Positions 12,716-25,786 of a DNA stretch of 64,000 nt are shown one piece after another (within the stretch, counting starts at the first letter, position 1; each line of letters begins with the position of its first letter). The DNA is from Leucoraja erinacea (taxonomy: Eukaryota): assembly GCF_028641065.1 (NCBI RefSeq), contig NC_073387.1:47430001-47494000 (forward strand). Reading direction: 5' to 3'. The position numbers and the translations under genes were made by a program. Below the pieces are notes generated by a model. The model was not told the DNA's origin. It did not search any database and was given only the letters and a program-made list of their open reading frames with translations.

Positions 12716-13671
12716 GTTTGGTACCAGTTTATTTTATTTTCAGCTTTGTTAATTTTTATGCACTGGGCAAAACCCACCCTTATTCCAAAAATGTTTTTTT
12801 ATGTTTTCTTCAATTCTGTGTTTTGGGTTATAGTTTTGCATTGATATTTTCTGTCACAGAAAGTTAAGCCAGTCACTTAACGTGAAATGTCTAAACTATA
12901 ACACGGCGCATTTTACCTAATTTATATTATCTCCAAGATTGAGATTGTATTTAAGTGGAAACCTTTGGTGATTTACATTCAAATATTTATGACGAATTCA
13001 TTGTTGCAGTTAAATCTTCAGTTCAATGTCATAAAATGGTTTAGAAACAATTTCCAGTTATATTAAAATACCTTGTTTGATAATGTGCTCTTGTTTTAAA
13101 TTTCAGGTTGGATGTACAAAGAAATTAGCCTTAAGCTTAATTACCACTAAATTGATATCTGTTGGAATTCAAGCAATTTCACAGCAACCTTTTCACCCTT
13201 GAACCCTCCACATGTACATCAATTAGAGAATAAAGAGTTTACTTGCACAAGCATTATTTTAAGTGTAGTTGTATTGTTATCAATGACATTCTGTGGTTTG
13301 TCTCTGTGGCTATCGCATATATATCCTTGGATTACTAAATATTAATTCTGTGTAATTTTACACACTATATTAGAATGCAAGCTGTTTGGTGAAATAAGCA
13401 CATCTGGCTGTCCTCTGTCATTCCATCTGCAGGCAATTTCTGTTTGTAACATTCCTGCAGAGTGCCCTCTGACATTGTGTTGTTTTGTGTTTATGTATGT
13501 CATCTTTTCTGTGTGTTTGAAATTATTTAAAATTAAGCCAAAGAGTGATTTAGTTAGTATCCTTGGTGGGTATAAAGAACATGCTGCCGGATTAAGTGGT
13601 TGCGGCAGGTAACAACATTCAAAAGCCATTTTCAAGAGTCAAGAGTGTTTTATTGTCATATGTCCCAGATA

Positions 13672-14304
13672 TGATAGCAAAAGGATTTGAGTATAGGAGC
13701 AGGGAGGTTCTACTGCAGTTGTACAGGGTCTTGGTGAGACCACACCTGGAGTATTGCGTACAGTTTTGGTCTCCTAATCTGAGGAAAGACATTCTTGCCA
13801 TAGAGGGAGTACAGAGAAGGTTCACCAGACTGATTCCTGGGATGTCAGGGCTTTCATATGAAGAAAGACTGGATAGACTCGGTTTGTACTCGCTAGAATT
13901 TGGAAGATTGAGGGGGGATCTTATAGAAACTTACAAAATTCTTAAGGGGTTGGGCAGGCTAGATGCAGGAAGATTGTTCCCGATGTTGGGGAAGTCCAGA
14001 ACAAGGGGTCACAGTTTAAGGATAAAGGAGAAATATTTTAGGACCGAGATGAGGAAAACTTTTTTCACACAGAGAGTGGTGAATCTCTGGAATTCTCTCC
14101 CGCAGAAGGTAGTTGAGGCCAGTTCATTGGCTATATTTAAGAGGGAGTTAGATGTGGCCCTTGTGGCTAAAGGGATCAGGGGGTATGGAGAGAAGGCAGG
14201 TACAGGATACTGAGTTGGATGATCAGCCATGATCATATTGAATGGCAGTGCAGGCTCGAAGGGCCGAATGGTCTACTCCTGAACCTATTTTGTATGTTTC
14301 TATA
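13672..14304 (+). mobile_element. CR1 3' fragment
   Basis: ORF 13596-14213 is the CR1 ORF2 C-terminus ending GYGEKAGTGY*; tail tgtatgtttcta. Confidence 0.9.
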
Positions 14305-14447
14305 GAACAATGAAATTCTTATTTGCTGCAGCACGACACAACAATACACTGTAAACAATATAATAAACGAGCGAGAAAAAGATCAGTGTGTATGAATACG
14401 CACACTCACAAGCACATACGCACAATATAGATAGATAGATAGATATG

Positions 14448-14483
<36 letters not shown>

Positions 14484-14485
14484 TT

Positions 14486-15455
14486 TTATTGTCATTGCAT
14501 ATAAGCGCAACGAGATTTGATATGCAGCTTCCATCCGATGTCATAACTTAAATAACTAATAAAATTTAGATTTAGATACCCCGAGAACATAAAGAACATT
14601 ACCACAGTAAAATTGTCAAAACAGTTCAAACAGACTAAAGTGCAGATGTGTCTGTGCGACGTGACCATCCGAGGGAGACTGTCCATGGGAGGTGGGGGGG
14701 GGCACTCAGCAGGGCCGGTTCAGAGCCGCAATAGCTCTGGGAATGAAGCTGTTCCTGAGTCTGGAGGTTCAGGCGTAGAAGGCCTTGTAACATCAGTCGG
14801 AGGGAAGTAGTTCGAACAGTCCATTACAAGGGTGTGAGGAGTCATTATGGATGCTGACGGCCTTCCTGAGGCACCGAGTTTGGTAGATGCCCTCCAAGGC
14901 TGGTAGCTGTGTCCCAATAATCTTCTGCGCTCTGTGGACGATGCCCTGAAGAGCTCTCCTCTCCGCCTCCGTGCAGCTGAGATACAACACGGAGATGCCA
15001 TACGTTAATGCCATACGCTCTCTGTGGTGCAGCAGTAGAAGGTTGTCAGCAGCTTTTGGGGCAGACCAGTCTTTTTTAATGTTCTCAGGAAGAACATTCG
15101 TTGCTGTGCCTTCTTGACCAGCGCAGTGGTGTTGGTGGACCATGTGAGGTACTCTGAAATGTGAGTGCCCAGAAACTTAAAGCTGGACACTCTCTCCACA
15201 CTGTCCCTGTAGATGGAGATTGGGGCGTATTCTCCATTATGTGACCTCCTGAAGTCGATAATCAGCTCCTTGTTCTTGGAGGTGTTTAGTGACAAGTTGT
15301 TACGTCTGCCAGGTTCTGCACCTCCGCTACCTCCGCTCTGTATTTTGTTTCATCACCGTTGGTGATCACTGTTGTGTCGTCTGCAAACTTGACGATGGTG
15401 TTGGTGTCGAATGCAGGAACACAGTCGTGTGTGAAGAGGGAGTAGAGCATGGGGC
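14486..15455 (-). mobile_element. Rex1/Babar-type LINE fragment
   Basis: Minus-strand ORFs contain LYSLFTHDC..VKFADDTTV, LNTSKNKELIIDFRR, FKFLGTHIS..LTWS.N..ALVKKAQQR; 3' tail atgacaataaa followed by (tta)n. Confidence 0.82.
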
Positions 15456-15627
15456 NNNNNNNNNNNNNNNNNNNNNNNNNNNNNNNNNNNNNNNNNNNNN
15501 NNNNNNNNNNNNNNNNNNNNNNNNNNNNNNNNNNNNNNNNNNNNNNNNNNNNNNNNNNNNNNNNNNNNNNNNNNNNNNNNNNNNNNNNNNNNNNNNNNNN
15601 NNNNNNNNNNNNNNNNNNNNNNNNNNN
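15456..15627. other. Assembly gap (172 N)
   Basis: Run of n, lying between two Rex/Babar LINE fragments. Confidence 0.99.
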
Positions 15628-16430
15628 ACAATAGTAGTGCAATAATAATAATAATCTATTGTAGTTCAAAGCATATTTGAGGTTGTAGTGTTTAATAGCT
15701 GCAGGGAAGAAGCTGTTCCTGAACCTGGATATTACATTTTCAGGCTCCTGTACCTTCTTTCTGATGGCAGTGGTGAAATGAGTGTGTGGCCAGGATTGTG
15801 TGGGTCTCTGATGATGTTGGCTGCCTTTTTGAGGCAGCGACACTGATAAATCCCTTCGATGGTTGGTAGGTCAGAGCCGGTGATGGACTGGGCAGTGTTT
15901 ACAACTTTTTGCAGTCTTTTTTGCTCCTTGGCATTCAAGTTGCCAGTTCAGGCCTTGATGCAACCAGTCAATGTGCTCTCTACTGTGGACCTGTAGAAGT
16001 TAATCGTAATCGTCTCTGACATACCGAATCTTTGTAATCTTCTCAGGAAGTAGAGTTGGTGATGTGCTTTATTTATAATTGCACCAGTGTGCTGTGTCCA
16101 GGAAATATGCACTCCCAGGAATTTGAAGTTTTTGACTCTCCATATCTGTTGATATAAACAGGACTGTGGGTCGTCATCCTTCCTATTCCAAAGTTCACAA
16201 TCAGTTCATTGGTTTTACTGATATTGAGAGCCAGATTGTTGTGCTGGCACCATTTGATCAATCGGTCGATCTCACTTCTATACTCTGACTCATCACGATC
16301 TGTAATTCAGCCAACAATGGTGGTGTTGTCAGCAAACTTGAAGATGGAGTTCACACTGTGTCCAGCTACACAGTCATGAGTATGGAGTGTGTACAGCAGG
16401 GGGCTGAGCACACAGCCTTGAGGTGCTCCC
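15628..16430 (-). mobile_element. Second Rex1/Babar-type LINE fragment
   Basis: ORFs contain WCQHNNLALNISKTNELIV and RLQKVVNTAQSITGSDLPTIEGIY..RC.KKAANII.DP.NP...LPS.RRYRS. Confidence 0.8.
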
Positions 16431-19164
16431 GTACTCGGGCACGGAACTCGCTATCAAAACATGCGGGGGACACAATTTCTTGGCGGCCGCGCACGCATGC
16501 GCTCACACACGAGGCTTTGGCCATGAGCCCTGTGGACGGTAACATCTCAGATTCAGATTTTTCAGATTCAAACTTTATTGTCATTGTGCAGTGTACAGTA
16601 CAGAGACAACGAAATGCAGTTAGCATCTCCCCAGAAGAGCGAACATAGAATAATGAGCAATAAATATATATATGTAATCTGGAGCTGACTTGGTTGGTGA
16701 CCGACTCCAAACTCCAGCAACAGCAGCCTCATCCGCCCCGAATCGTGGGGCTTGAATCAGCCCGTTCACGGGGTCTTTCATTGGCCGGCGGGGTCTTCAA
16801 CCTCGGGAGCCTCGATGCTGCAGTCTGATTTTCAGACCATGTTATTCCATTTGCAGAATTCAGAAATTCCTCGATTTAAGAATAAAAATAATATACTTTG
16901 AGTGGATAAAGTCTGAACTCATAGAACTCACTGTGAACTCTATTCTCAATGGGAATGGAAAGCAGCCAACATCACAAGAGCTTGCATTTAGACAGACGCA
17001 TAACGCTTTTTGCAGTTTTTAAGCAATATTCTTCTGAAGGATTATCTTTTGGAAAAAGTTCATGTTTCATGAATTAATTCAATTTTAAAATCCCTTTTCT
17101 GGCGTACCATTTGAACTCTTCTTTACAAAGTTATGTATGGAAGATTGAGTTACTTAAAGCTGTATATAACTTTTGTTCTGAACACTTGCCAAAATAAAAT
17201 ATTAAAGAAATATTGATCAAGGCAGCAGAATTGTTTTGTTTTTTTTACCAAGGCTGCAGACTAGTTTCCTGATCCCTTCAGAATTTTTCAGTCTACGCGA
17301 ATAAGCAGATGAAGCCTGGGATTAATATGGCAACTGTAAATGCGTAACGTTCCTTTATCACAGCAGCAACATGTTAGGTCAGGTTTTGGACTCTGAATTT
17401 GAACTCGGTACGTTCTGTTTCAGAGGTGGGAGTGCTGAAAAAAAGCCGATCCTTCAAAAGGAAATAATAATAATAATTTTGGTGCATGTTTGTCACCTGG
17501 AGCTTTGATTTTGATGGTATGCCATAAGAATATTTCTTGCAACATTATATTGTAATAACAATGTTCCACGTTTCTTGTTTAGATAAATTAAGGTAAAAGA
17601 AGCCTTCTCTCTGTAAAACCCGATATGAAATAATGTCTATTGGTCAATACCAATCAAGGTATTTTTACATATAAGGACATATTAACTGACTAGGACATTT
17701 CACAACTTGCAAGGAAATAAGTTCATGTTATAGGAGCAGAATTAGGCCATTTGGCCCATTGAGCCCAACATTCAATCATGGCTGATCTATCTTTCCCTCT
17801 CTACCACATTCTCCTGCCTTCTTTCCGTAATCTTTAAATGTTGAAACTTTGAGTCATCATAAGGGTTGATCTTGAAACAGATCTTAAACTAAAGAAATAT
17901 TCAGGCACCAGGAGTGGTGGTAAGAGTCATTAGCACTTTACTTTGTACCTCAATCCGAGTTATAAATAAAAGCTAGCAAGTAATGACCTATATGCTGGGT
18001 TGAATCTGAGATTAGGGGCCATAGTAAAACTGAAGGTCACAAGACTCTCCATTACCTGGAGTCATGCCATGAACAAAGGAAGATGGTTATAGTTATTCAA
18101 ACATTTCATTCTCAGGATATTGCCCTTGCACAGTGAGCTGCTGTAGCACCTTGGACGAGGCAAGTAACCTGTTTAAAGATTAATATTTGTTCAACAACTA
18201 TCTAGTAATGGCAATTTTCATCAAGAGGAAGTGCAGTATTTATGTTGATAGCCTAGTTAAGTTTCTTGCCTGGTGGAGATATTGAAAGTCCTCGCTACTG
18301 TCAAATACTACTCCATAAAACCTAGGCTTTAGTCTGGGAAAGCAACTTAACTAGGAAACCACATAAATACTCTGCTTATTGGAGAAGTGTATCTAACATA
18401 TTACTTACTTCCCAACTCCCTAAACCTTTACATCGCCTACAGGTAATGGCTTGTAAATATATTTTCCAAGATTTCAAAGTCATTGTGTGGCCGCCTTTGT
18501 TAGCTGCTGATCTATGGAGTGAGAATGGACTTAATCAATTTGAATTCAGCAATTTGAATTTATTAGATGAAGATGCTCTCTCAGTAATGATGATCCTAAG
18601 GATATAACTGAAGCATCGGATGTGAGCCATGTTAGACCATGTTTCACACACAAAGCTGCTGAGGAAAATAAACTTTAAAATTCAGCCTAACCACACCCAT
18701 TGACTGAACAGGCTATTGAAGTGAATGAAGACTAGAAACATGTAAAATTATAAACTCTTGAAGCAAGAACAGTTCAGAATATTAAAAAAGTAAATGTCTA
18801 ATAATATTTTCTTGTAATTATTCCTTCCTGTTCAATTATAAGCAGCTATTTTATCCCCACATAATTGCCCATCAATACCTAGAACTTAGACCACATTTTA
18901 ATAGAGAGAAGAACCAATTAATTATTTATATAAAATAACATAGTGCTCGGATGATGGTAATGCACTGTGACAAAGTTGAATGCTTTTGTTAATTGTGTTT
19001 AGTGTCGGAGCAGCTGGTAAATGTTTTATGAGCCATGATGAAGATGCTAGTGGCTAATTTCTCTTGTTCATGCAGATTGGGTATAGACTTTGTATAGCTA
19101 GTGGAAAGATATTTCATCATTTTACAAATAGTGTCATATGTATAATATGAGGTTATTGGGAAGT

Positions 19165-19452
19165 TTAGTTTAGTTTCGAGATACAGCGTGGAAACAGGCC
19201 CTTCGGCCCACCAAGTGCACACCGACCAGCAATCACCATACACTAGTTCTATCCTGCATACTGGGGATAATTTACAAAAGCCAATTAAACTATAAACCTA
19301 TACGTCTTTCGAATATGAGAGGAGAAAACACACACTGGAAAAAACCCACGCGGTCAAGGGGAGAATGTACAGACAGCACCCTTAGACAGGATCGAACCCG
19401 GGTCTCTGGTGCTGTAAAGCAGCAACTCTACCGCTGTGCTACTTTGCCTCCC
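19165..19452 (-). mobile_element. V-SINE (HE1-like)
   Basis: Reverse complement of the 5273 SINE; tail (tttag)n...ggaaacaggcccttcggccca. Confidence 0.78.
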
Positions 19453-19567
19453 AAGTTATTGAGAAAATTCTGAGGGGAAGGATTAATGATCACTTGGAAC
19501 AAAAGGGGATAATCAGAGAGAGTACACACGGCATTACATGACCCACATGACCCTCTCTGATCAATAT

Positions 19568-19872
19568 GTTTAGTTTAGCTTAGAGATACTAAACTGCGTG
19601 GAAACAGGCCCTTCGGCCCACCAAGTCTGCACCGACCAGCGATCCCGGCACTTTTAGCACTATTCTGTACACATTTGGGACAATTTAAGTTTATACCAAG
19701 CCTTTTAACCTACATACCTGTACGTTTTTGGAGTGTGGGAGGAACCTGGAGATGCCGCAGAAAACCCACGCGGTCACAGGGAGAATGTACATACTCATAC
19801 AGACACCACCCACGGTCAGGATCGAACCTGGGTCTGTAAGGCAGCAACTCTACTGTGCTACTGTGCTGCCCA
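19568..19872 (-). mobile_element. V-SINE (HE1-like), second adjacent copy
   Basis: Same tail and V-domain (aaaacccacgcggtcacagggagaatgtac). Confidence 0.78.
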
Positions 19873-20520
19873 ATCTGATTGAACTTTTTGAAGGAACCAA
19901 GTGTATCAATGCAGACAAAGCAGTAGATGTAGTTTACCGGATTTCAGTAGGGCCTTTGACAAGGTCCTGCATGAGAGTTTGATCCAAATAATTTAGCGGT
20001 CATTGACTCCAGGACAATTTGGCAAACGGGATCCAAAATTGGCTTGGCAATGAGAGACTGAGGTGGTTTTAGTGTTTGGATGCCTGTTATTAATATTGTC
20101 CGTAAAGGGTTGGTGCTGGGGCCATATACATTGTATGTGACAAAATGGATGTAGGAGGCACGATTGGCAAATTTGCAGATGGCACAAACATTGGAAGAGT
20201 CATGGATAGTATGGAGAGTAGTCTTAGGCCACAAAGTGATAACAACGTGTAGGTGAACTGAACTGAGAAATGGCAAAAAGGTTAAATCCTGATAAATGTG
20301 AGATGATACATTTTGGAATTACTAATGAAGCTAAGACACATAACATGAATAATAGGGTCAAAAGGAGCCTTAATGAACAGAGGGCCTTGGAGTAGAAGCC
20401 CAGAGTTCCACAAATATTGCAGCACAAGTAGATAAGTGCTTCGGAAGGCATAAGGGATAGTTGCCTTGGCTAGTTAGGGCATTGAGTGTATAAGCAGGAA
20501 GTGCATGCTCCAAGTTTGAT
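19873..20520 (+). mobile_element. Old degenerate CR1 RT fragment
   Basis: Decayed motifs: gcagtagatgtagtttac..gatttcag..ggcctttgacaaggtcc (VDVVY.DF..AFDKV) and aaatttgcagatggcacaaa (KFAD.TK). Confidence 0.65.
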
Positions 20521-20747
20521 CATGGACAATGAGCACTTCAGCACGATCCAGCCCAACAACACAATGGAAGTACATTCATCACGATTAAAGGAGACCTAAC
20601 ATCTTCTGGGGGAAATGTTGATTTCCAGTCATTACTGGCTATGCTGATATTGGAATGGATCAGAGTGAACATGGTTGGCTGGTAATTCAGCAGGTTACAA
20701 TTAGAATGATATTTTATAATAATACTGCTACCATTATTATTTTACAG

Positions 20748-20839
20748 TACACAAAATCGCAAAGCGAGAGCCCTGTACGCATGTAAGGCGGAACATGATT
20801 CGGAACTATCCTTTAGTGCTGGAACCATCTTTGAGAACG
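20748..20839 (+). CDS. ARHGAP26: ARHGAP26 SH3 domain exon, N-terminal half: (S)TQNRKARALYACKAEHDSELSFSAGTIFEN(V)
   Basis: Acceptor tattttacag, donor G|gtgagt, 92 nt. ALYACKAEHDSELSF matches GRAF1/ARHGAP26 rather than ARHGAP10 (AVYPCEAEHSSELSF). Confidence 0.95.
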
Positions 20840-20920
20840 GTGAGTGAAGTCAACTCTACTGAAATTAAGCTCCGGTTATTTATTCAAATTTCTTGAACAC
20901 AGCTGTTTTAAGAGCAGTAA

Positions 20921-21388
20921 AGGGTCTGTCCCACGAGCATGCGACTCCATGCAGCAAGCGCGACCTAACGTGGTCGCTTGGGCCGTACGGCCTCAGGGGG
21001 CTGGTCCTACTTCGATCGCCGGAGCCGTATGGAGTTGTGTCCCGACATCGCGCGGGGCTCCGAAAAACTGACTGTGTTCAAAAATTCTGCGTGGCAACGG
21101 CCTGCCGGCCCGCAGCCGCCTCTGCACCGTACGCACCGCCTCTACGGGCGTGCGCAGCGTCTCGACACCATAAGTCACACGTGAACTTCCCGCGGACTTC
21201 GCTCAAACTTCACGTCACTCACTCGACCTCCGCGCGGTCCCCGCTTCCGGTTTGGTCGCACTCGCCACATGCAGTCGCATGCTGGTGGGACTGGCCCTGT
21301 ACGGGGATCACTCAACCTCCGTGCGACCCCCGCTTCCGGTTTGGTCGCGCTTGCCGCATGCAGGTCGCATGCTCGTGGGACAGGCCAT
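20921..21388. mobile_element. Non-autonomous PIF/Harbinger-type MITE
   Basis: TIRs agggtctgtcccacgagcatgcgac / gtcgcatgctcgtgggacaggccat; 3-bp flanks taa/tta; GC-rich interior. Confidence 0.75.
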
Positions 21389-22307
21389 TTAGTCTTTACC
21401 AGAAAAAGAATGTTTACTACATTTTAGCTGAATATTTCTTTGTAGTTGAGTTTCTGCATATTTCTAGTAGAGCACTCTAAATCAAGTAGAATCGGACAAA
21501 CTGGCATAAAACAGAGGAAATATGAAGATGCAAAAGTAACATTTTAAATGTACAAAGAAATTGAATGTCATTGAACAGGAATTTTGCACGCATGTATTTT
21601 GTTCTAGATTATATTGTTTTTCAACAATGGAAAAGCTTCTAATTGATTTCCAACCTTAGGCCTTGCACTCCCTAACGGCTGGGATAGGCTACATGAGTAT
21701 GATGAAATAGAAGAAATATTTTGTCCCGGCCATCTCCTAATTTACCATGAAAATTGCTGTTGGATATAACATCATTAACAGATGTTGTAGACTGTTTCAT
21801 AGCGAGTGGGAAAACAATGCTGTTTTACAGCTGGTGTCACCAAGATGTTGATGTGGAAGATAATTAAGTTTGATTTAGGAAATGAAAACATAAACAGGGC
21901 TTTAAACACTTTCACCTCAATATTTCTGAGAAGTGCCACTACTTCCCTGCTAAGTGTGAGTGGTTTCAGGATTTCTGCACGTGCGTGCACAGACAGGGAA
22001 TTCTAAACTTCTACCACTGCGTTTTTTTGATTACACATTGCCATTAGATTCTTTGTGGAATTTTTAATTCTGCTCATAAAACATGCACTAGGTTAGATGG
22101 GTGCAGTTACAGTTATCCTGTTTATTTTAATGAGCAGACTGGATGCAGGGTGAGTATGATGTGATCGAGGGACACAATAGATTGCAGGTTCTGGAATCCT
22201 AATCAAAGCACAAAGTGCTGTAAAAACTCAGCGGATCTGGCAGCATCAGGGGGGGGAATGGACAGACAACGTTTTGGGTTGGGACCCTTCTTCAAATTCA
22301 ATATAGA

Positions 22308-22792
22308 AGGCAACGCAGTGGTAGGGTTGCCGCCTTGCAGGGCCCGGATTTGATGCTGACTATGGGTGCCTAGTTTAGTTTAAAGATTCAGCGCTGAAAC
22401 AGGCCCTTCATCCCACCGGGTCCACACCGATCCTTGTACGGCCAGAGAAAACCCTCGCGGTCACGGAGAATTTCCAAACTCCATTCAGACATTACCCGTG
22501 GTCAGGATCGAACCCGGGTCTCTGGCGCTGTAAGGCAGCAACTCTACATGCTGTGCCCCCATGCCAGTACGGAGTTTGTATATTCTCCCTGCGACCACGT
22601 GGGTTTTCCCTGGGTGCTCTGGTTTCCTCCCACATTCCAAAGACGTACAGGTTTGTACGTTAATTGGCTTTGGTAAAAATCATAAATTGTCCACGATGTG
22701 CAATGTGTGCTAGTGTAACGGGGATCGCTGGTCGGCAAGGACTCGGTGGGCTGAAGGGCGAGTTTCTATCCTGTATCTTTAAACTAAACTAA
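22308..22792. mobile_element. Composite V-SINE: + strand copy interrupted by a - strand copy (~22371-22557)
   Basis: tRNA-like head at 22308, inverted SINE tail/body, then V-domain and (taaac)n tail resume at ~22565. Confidence 0.65.
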
Positions 22793-23077
22793 AAACTGTT
22801 GCCATTTAAAATACTGTTTTTGAATTAATTGAGTTTGCTGAGTTTTTACATTTTTAAATGTTATTTTAAATTTTAAATGACAAATCTGTTTACATTGCCC
22901 TCTATAATGTTTGGGACAAAGACCCATCCTTTATTTATTTGCCTCTGTACCCCACAATTTCAGATTTGTAATAGAAAAAATCACATGTGGTTAAAGTGCA
23001 CATTGTCAGATTTTAATAAAGGCCATTTTTATACATTTTGGTTTCACCATGTAGAAATGACAGCAGTGTTTATACAT

Positions 23078-23230
23078 GTGGCCCTTGTGGCCAAGGGGAT
23101 CAGAGGGTATGGAGAGAATGCAGGTACGGGATACTGAGTTGGATGATCAGTCATGATCATATTGAATGGCGGTGCAGGCTCGAAGGGCTGAATGGCCTAC
23201 TCCTGCACCTAATTTCTATGTTTCTATGTT
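23078..23230 (+). mobile_element. CR1 3' tail inserted in the left Tc1 TIR
   Basis: VALVAKGIRGYGENAGTGY* plus tttctatg tail; removing it approximately restores the TIR sequence seen at the right end. Confidence 0.85.
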
Positions 23231-23728
23231 TAGTCCCTCCATTTCAGGGCACCATAATGTTTGGGACACAGCAGAGTCATATTAATGAAAGTAGTCATGT
23301 TTAGTATTTTGTTGCATATCCTTGCATGCAAGGACTGCTTGATATCTGTGATTCATGGACATCACCAGTTGCTGGGTGTCTTCTCTGGTGATGCTCTGCC
23401 AGGTCTGTATTGCAGCCATCTTTAGCTTATGCTTGTTTTTGGGGCTAGTCTCCTTCAGTTTTCTCTTCAGCATATACAAGGCATGCTCAATTGGGTTCCG
23501 ATCGGGTGATTGACTTGGCCACTCAAGAATTGACCATTTTTTAGCTTTGAAAAATTCCTTTGTTGCTTTAGCAGTATGTTTGGGATCATTGTCTTGTTGT
23601 AGAATGAACCGCCGGCCAATGAGTTTTGAGGCATTTGTTTGAACTTGAGCAGATAGGATGAGTCTATACACTTCAGAATTAATTATGCTACAGCCATCAG
23701 CAGTTGTATCATCAATAAAGATAAGTGA

Positions 23729-24013
23729 AGGGCCTGTCCCACTTGGCGACTGCCGGCATCATTGACTGGCGTATCAGGTCACCGAAAAAATCGCAGCGCG
23801 ATGCGGCGGTGGCACGGCGTGATGACGTATTGACGCGCAATGTTTTTTCACGTGTCGCAACATTGTTTTTTGTCGCCACTGGATTTTGAAATGTTCAAAA
23901 TCTTTTGGCGACACTAATATGACTGGCAGTCACCGTAAAAATCCCTTGGATTTTATTGGATGACTGCTCTGGAAAAAGTTCTGCAGCTTATTGCTGCTCT
24001 GGAAAAAGGCCCA
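23729..24013. mobile_element. Harbinger-type MITE inserted in the Tc1 transposase
   Basis: Starts agggcctgtcccac, ends ggaaaaaggccca (degenerate TIR); tga duplicated at 23726-23728 and 24014-24016. Confidence 0.7.
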
Positions 24014-25786
24014 TGAGCCAGTACCTTCAGCAGCCATACATGCCCAGACCATAACACCCCCACCACCGTGTTTCACAGATGAAGTGCTATGCTTTGGATC
24101 TTGGGTAGTTCCTTCTCTCCTCCATACTTTGCTCTTGCCATTCACTGTGATATGTTGGTCTTCATCTCATCTGTCCTCAAGACCTTTTTCCAGAGCTGTG
24201 GTTGCTCTTTTAAGTACTTCTTGGCAAACTGTAATCTGGCCATCCTATTTTTGCAGCTAACCAGTGGTTTGCACCTTGCAGCGTAGCCTCTGTATTTCTA
24301 TTCATGAAGTCTTCTTTCCGGCAGTGGTCATTGACAAATCCACACCTGACTCCTGAAGTGTGTTTCTGATCTGTTGGACAAGTGTTTGGGGATTTTTCTT
24401 TATTATAGAGAGAATTCTTCTGTCATCAGCTGTGGAGGTTTTTCTTGGCCTGCCAGACCCTTTGTGATTAGTAATCTCACCAGTGCTCTCTTTCTTCTTA
24501 ATGATGTTCCAAACAGTTGATGTTGGTAAGCCTAAGGTTTGGCTGATGCTTCTAACAGTTTTATTCTTGTTTCTCAGTCTCATAATGGCTTCTTTGACTT
24601 TCATTGGCACCACTTTAGTCCTCATGTTGATAAACAGCAATAACAGTTTCCAAAGGTGATGGAAAGACTGAAGGAAAGGCCGGGTGCTGAGAGCTCTCTT
24701 ATACCTGCATCAAGGAGGCATTTAAACATACCTGAGCAATTACAAGCCATGTGTCCCAAACATTATGGTGCCCTGAAATGGGGGGACTATGTATAAACAT
24801 AGCTGCAATTTCTACATGGTGAAACCAAAATGTATAAAAATGGCCTTTATTAAATCTGACAATGTCCACTTTAACCACATGTGATTTTTTTTTCTATTAC
24901 AAACCTCAAATTGTGGAGTACGGAGGCAAAAAAATAAATGATGAGTCTTTGTCCCAAACATTATGAGGGCACTGTATATTATTACCAATAGACAAGCCAG
25001 TTAATCCAATAAAGTAGTTTAGCTGGCAGCCAAAATGTTTCCAGTACTTTTTTATAATGGGAAGAACTTGCTGACCTGGCCCATTGTAGCATTTACAGCT
25101 GGAAGGCAATTTGTTGGGCCTCAATGTGTAGCTATAGCTGCTTCCGTAAGAAGGTAAGACAGTTACCGGAATATAGGAAAGGTATTGTAATTGTAATGGG
25201 AGGTATTAAAGATGATTTAATGAGATAGTAATGTGAATGAATAATCAAATGATTCATCTTGCAGCATGCAGAAATGCTTAGAGGTTCTGTTGTGCCCTTC
25301 GGGAAAGGAGGTGTGTGAGTGTGTGTGTGTGTGTGTGTGATTGCGTGTATGATTACAGATTTGGGGGATTCCGTGTTGATGCATCAGATGATTGCCAAGG
25401 ATTTGGGCACGTTATTTAGTAACCTCACTTGCCATATCCAGCTTAGGCTGCTAATGAAACCATATTATTCCCAAGAGTGCAGTGTCATATTTGGGCCCTT
25501 GGTCAATGTGGTCAAGTTCTGAAATGCTTTAAAGGAAATCACTTCATGCTCTCTGGACTCAAAGACGCAGCAATGCTCTACTCTGGGGACAAGGCTAGTG
25601 GGTAACACTTTTCAGTTGCACAATGCTGAAAAACAGAGATATGCAATTGAATTTCTAGTCGATCCAGTCCAAATTGTGTCCAAATTTGTGGGTCCAAATG
25701 AGGAGAAACTATATGCTTCACTGCTATTGCAAACGTGGTACATTTTATTTTATTGAAGCCGATAATCATTATAAAAAGGTTAGAAA

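Larger units (their letters stand above)
22893..24974 (-). mobile_element. Tc1-family DD34E transposon with IR/DR-type long TIRs, disrupted
   Basis: TA target duplications at 22891-22892 and 24975-24976. ~200-bp TIRs each contain ataatgtttgggaca direct repeats. Transposase pieces: GRPRK (24302-24640), VKHGGGGVMVW, and QQDNDPKH...SPDRNPIE with 34 residues between D and E. Confidence 0.92.

Noticed and set aside
15286-15843. ORFs spanning the N run
   Set aside because: Created by the assembly gap joining two LINE fragments.
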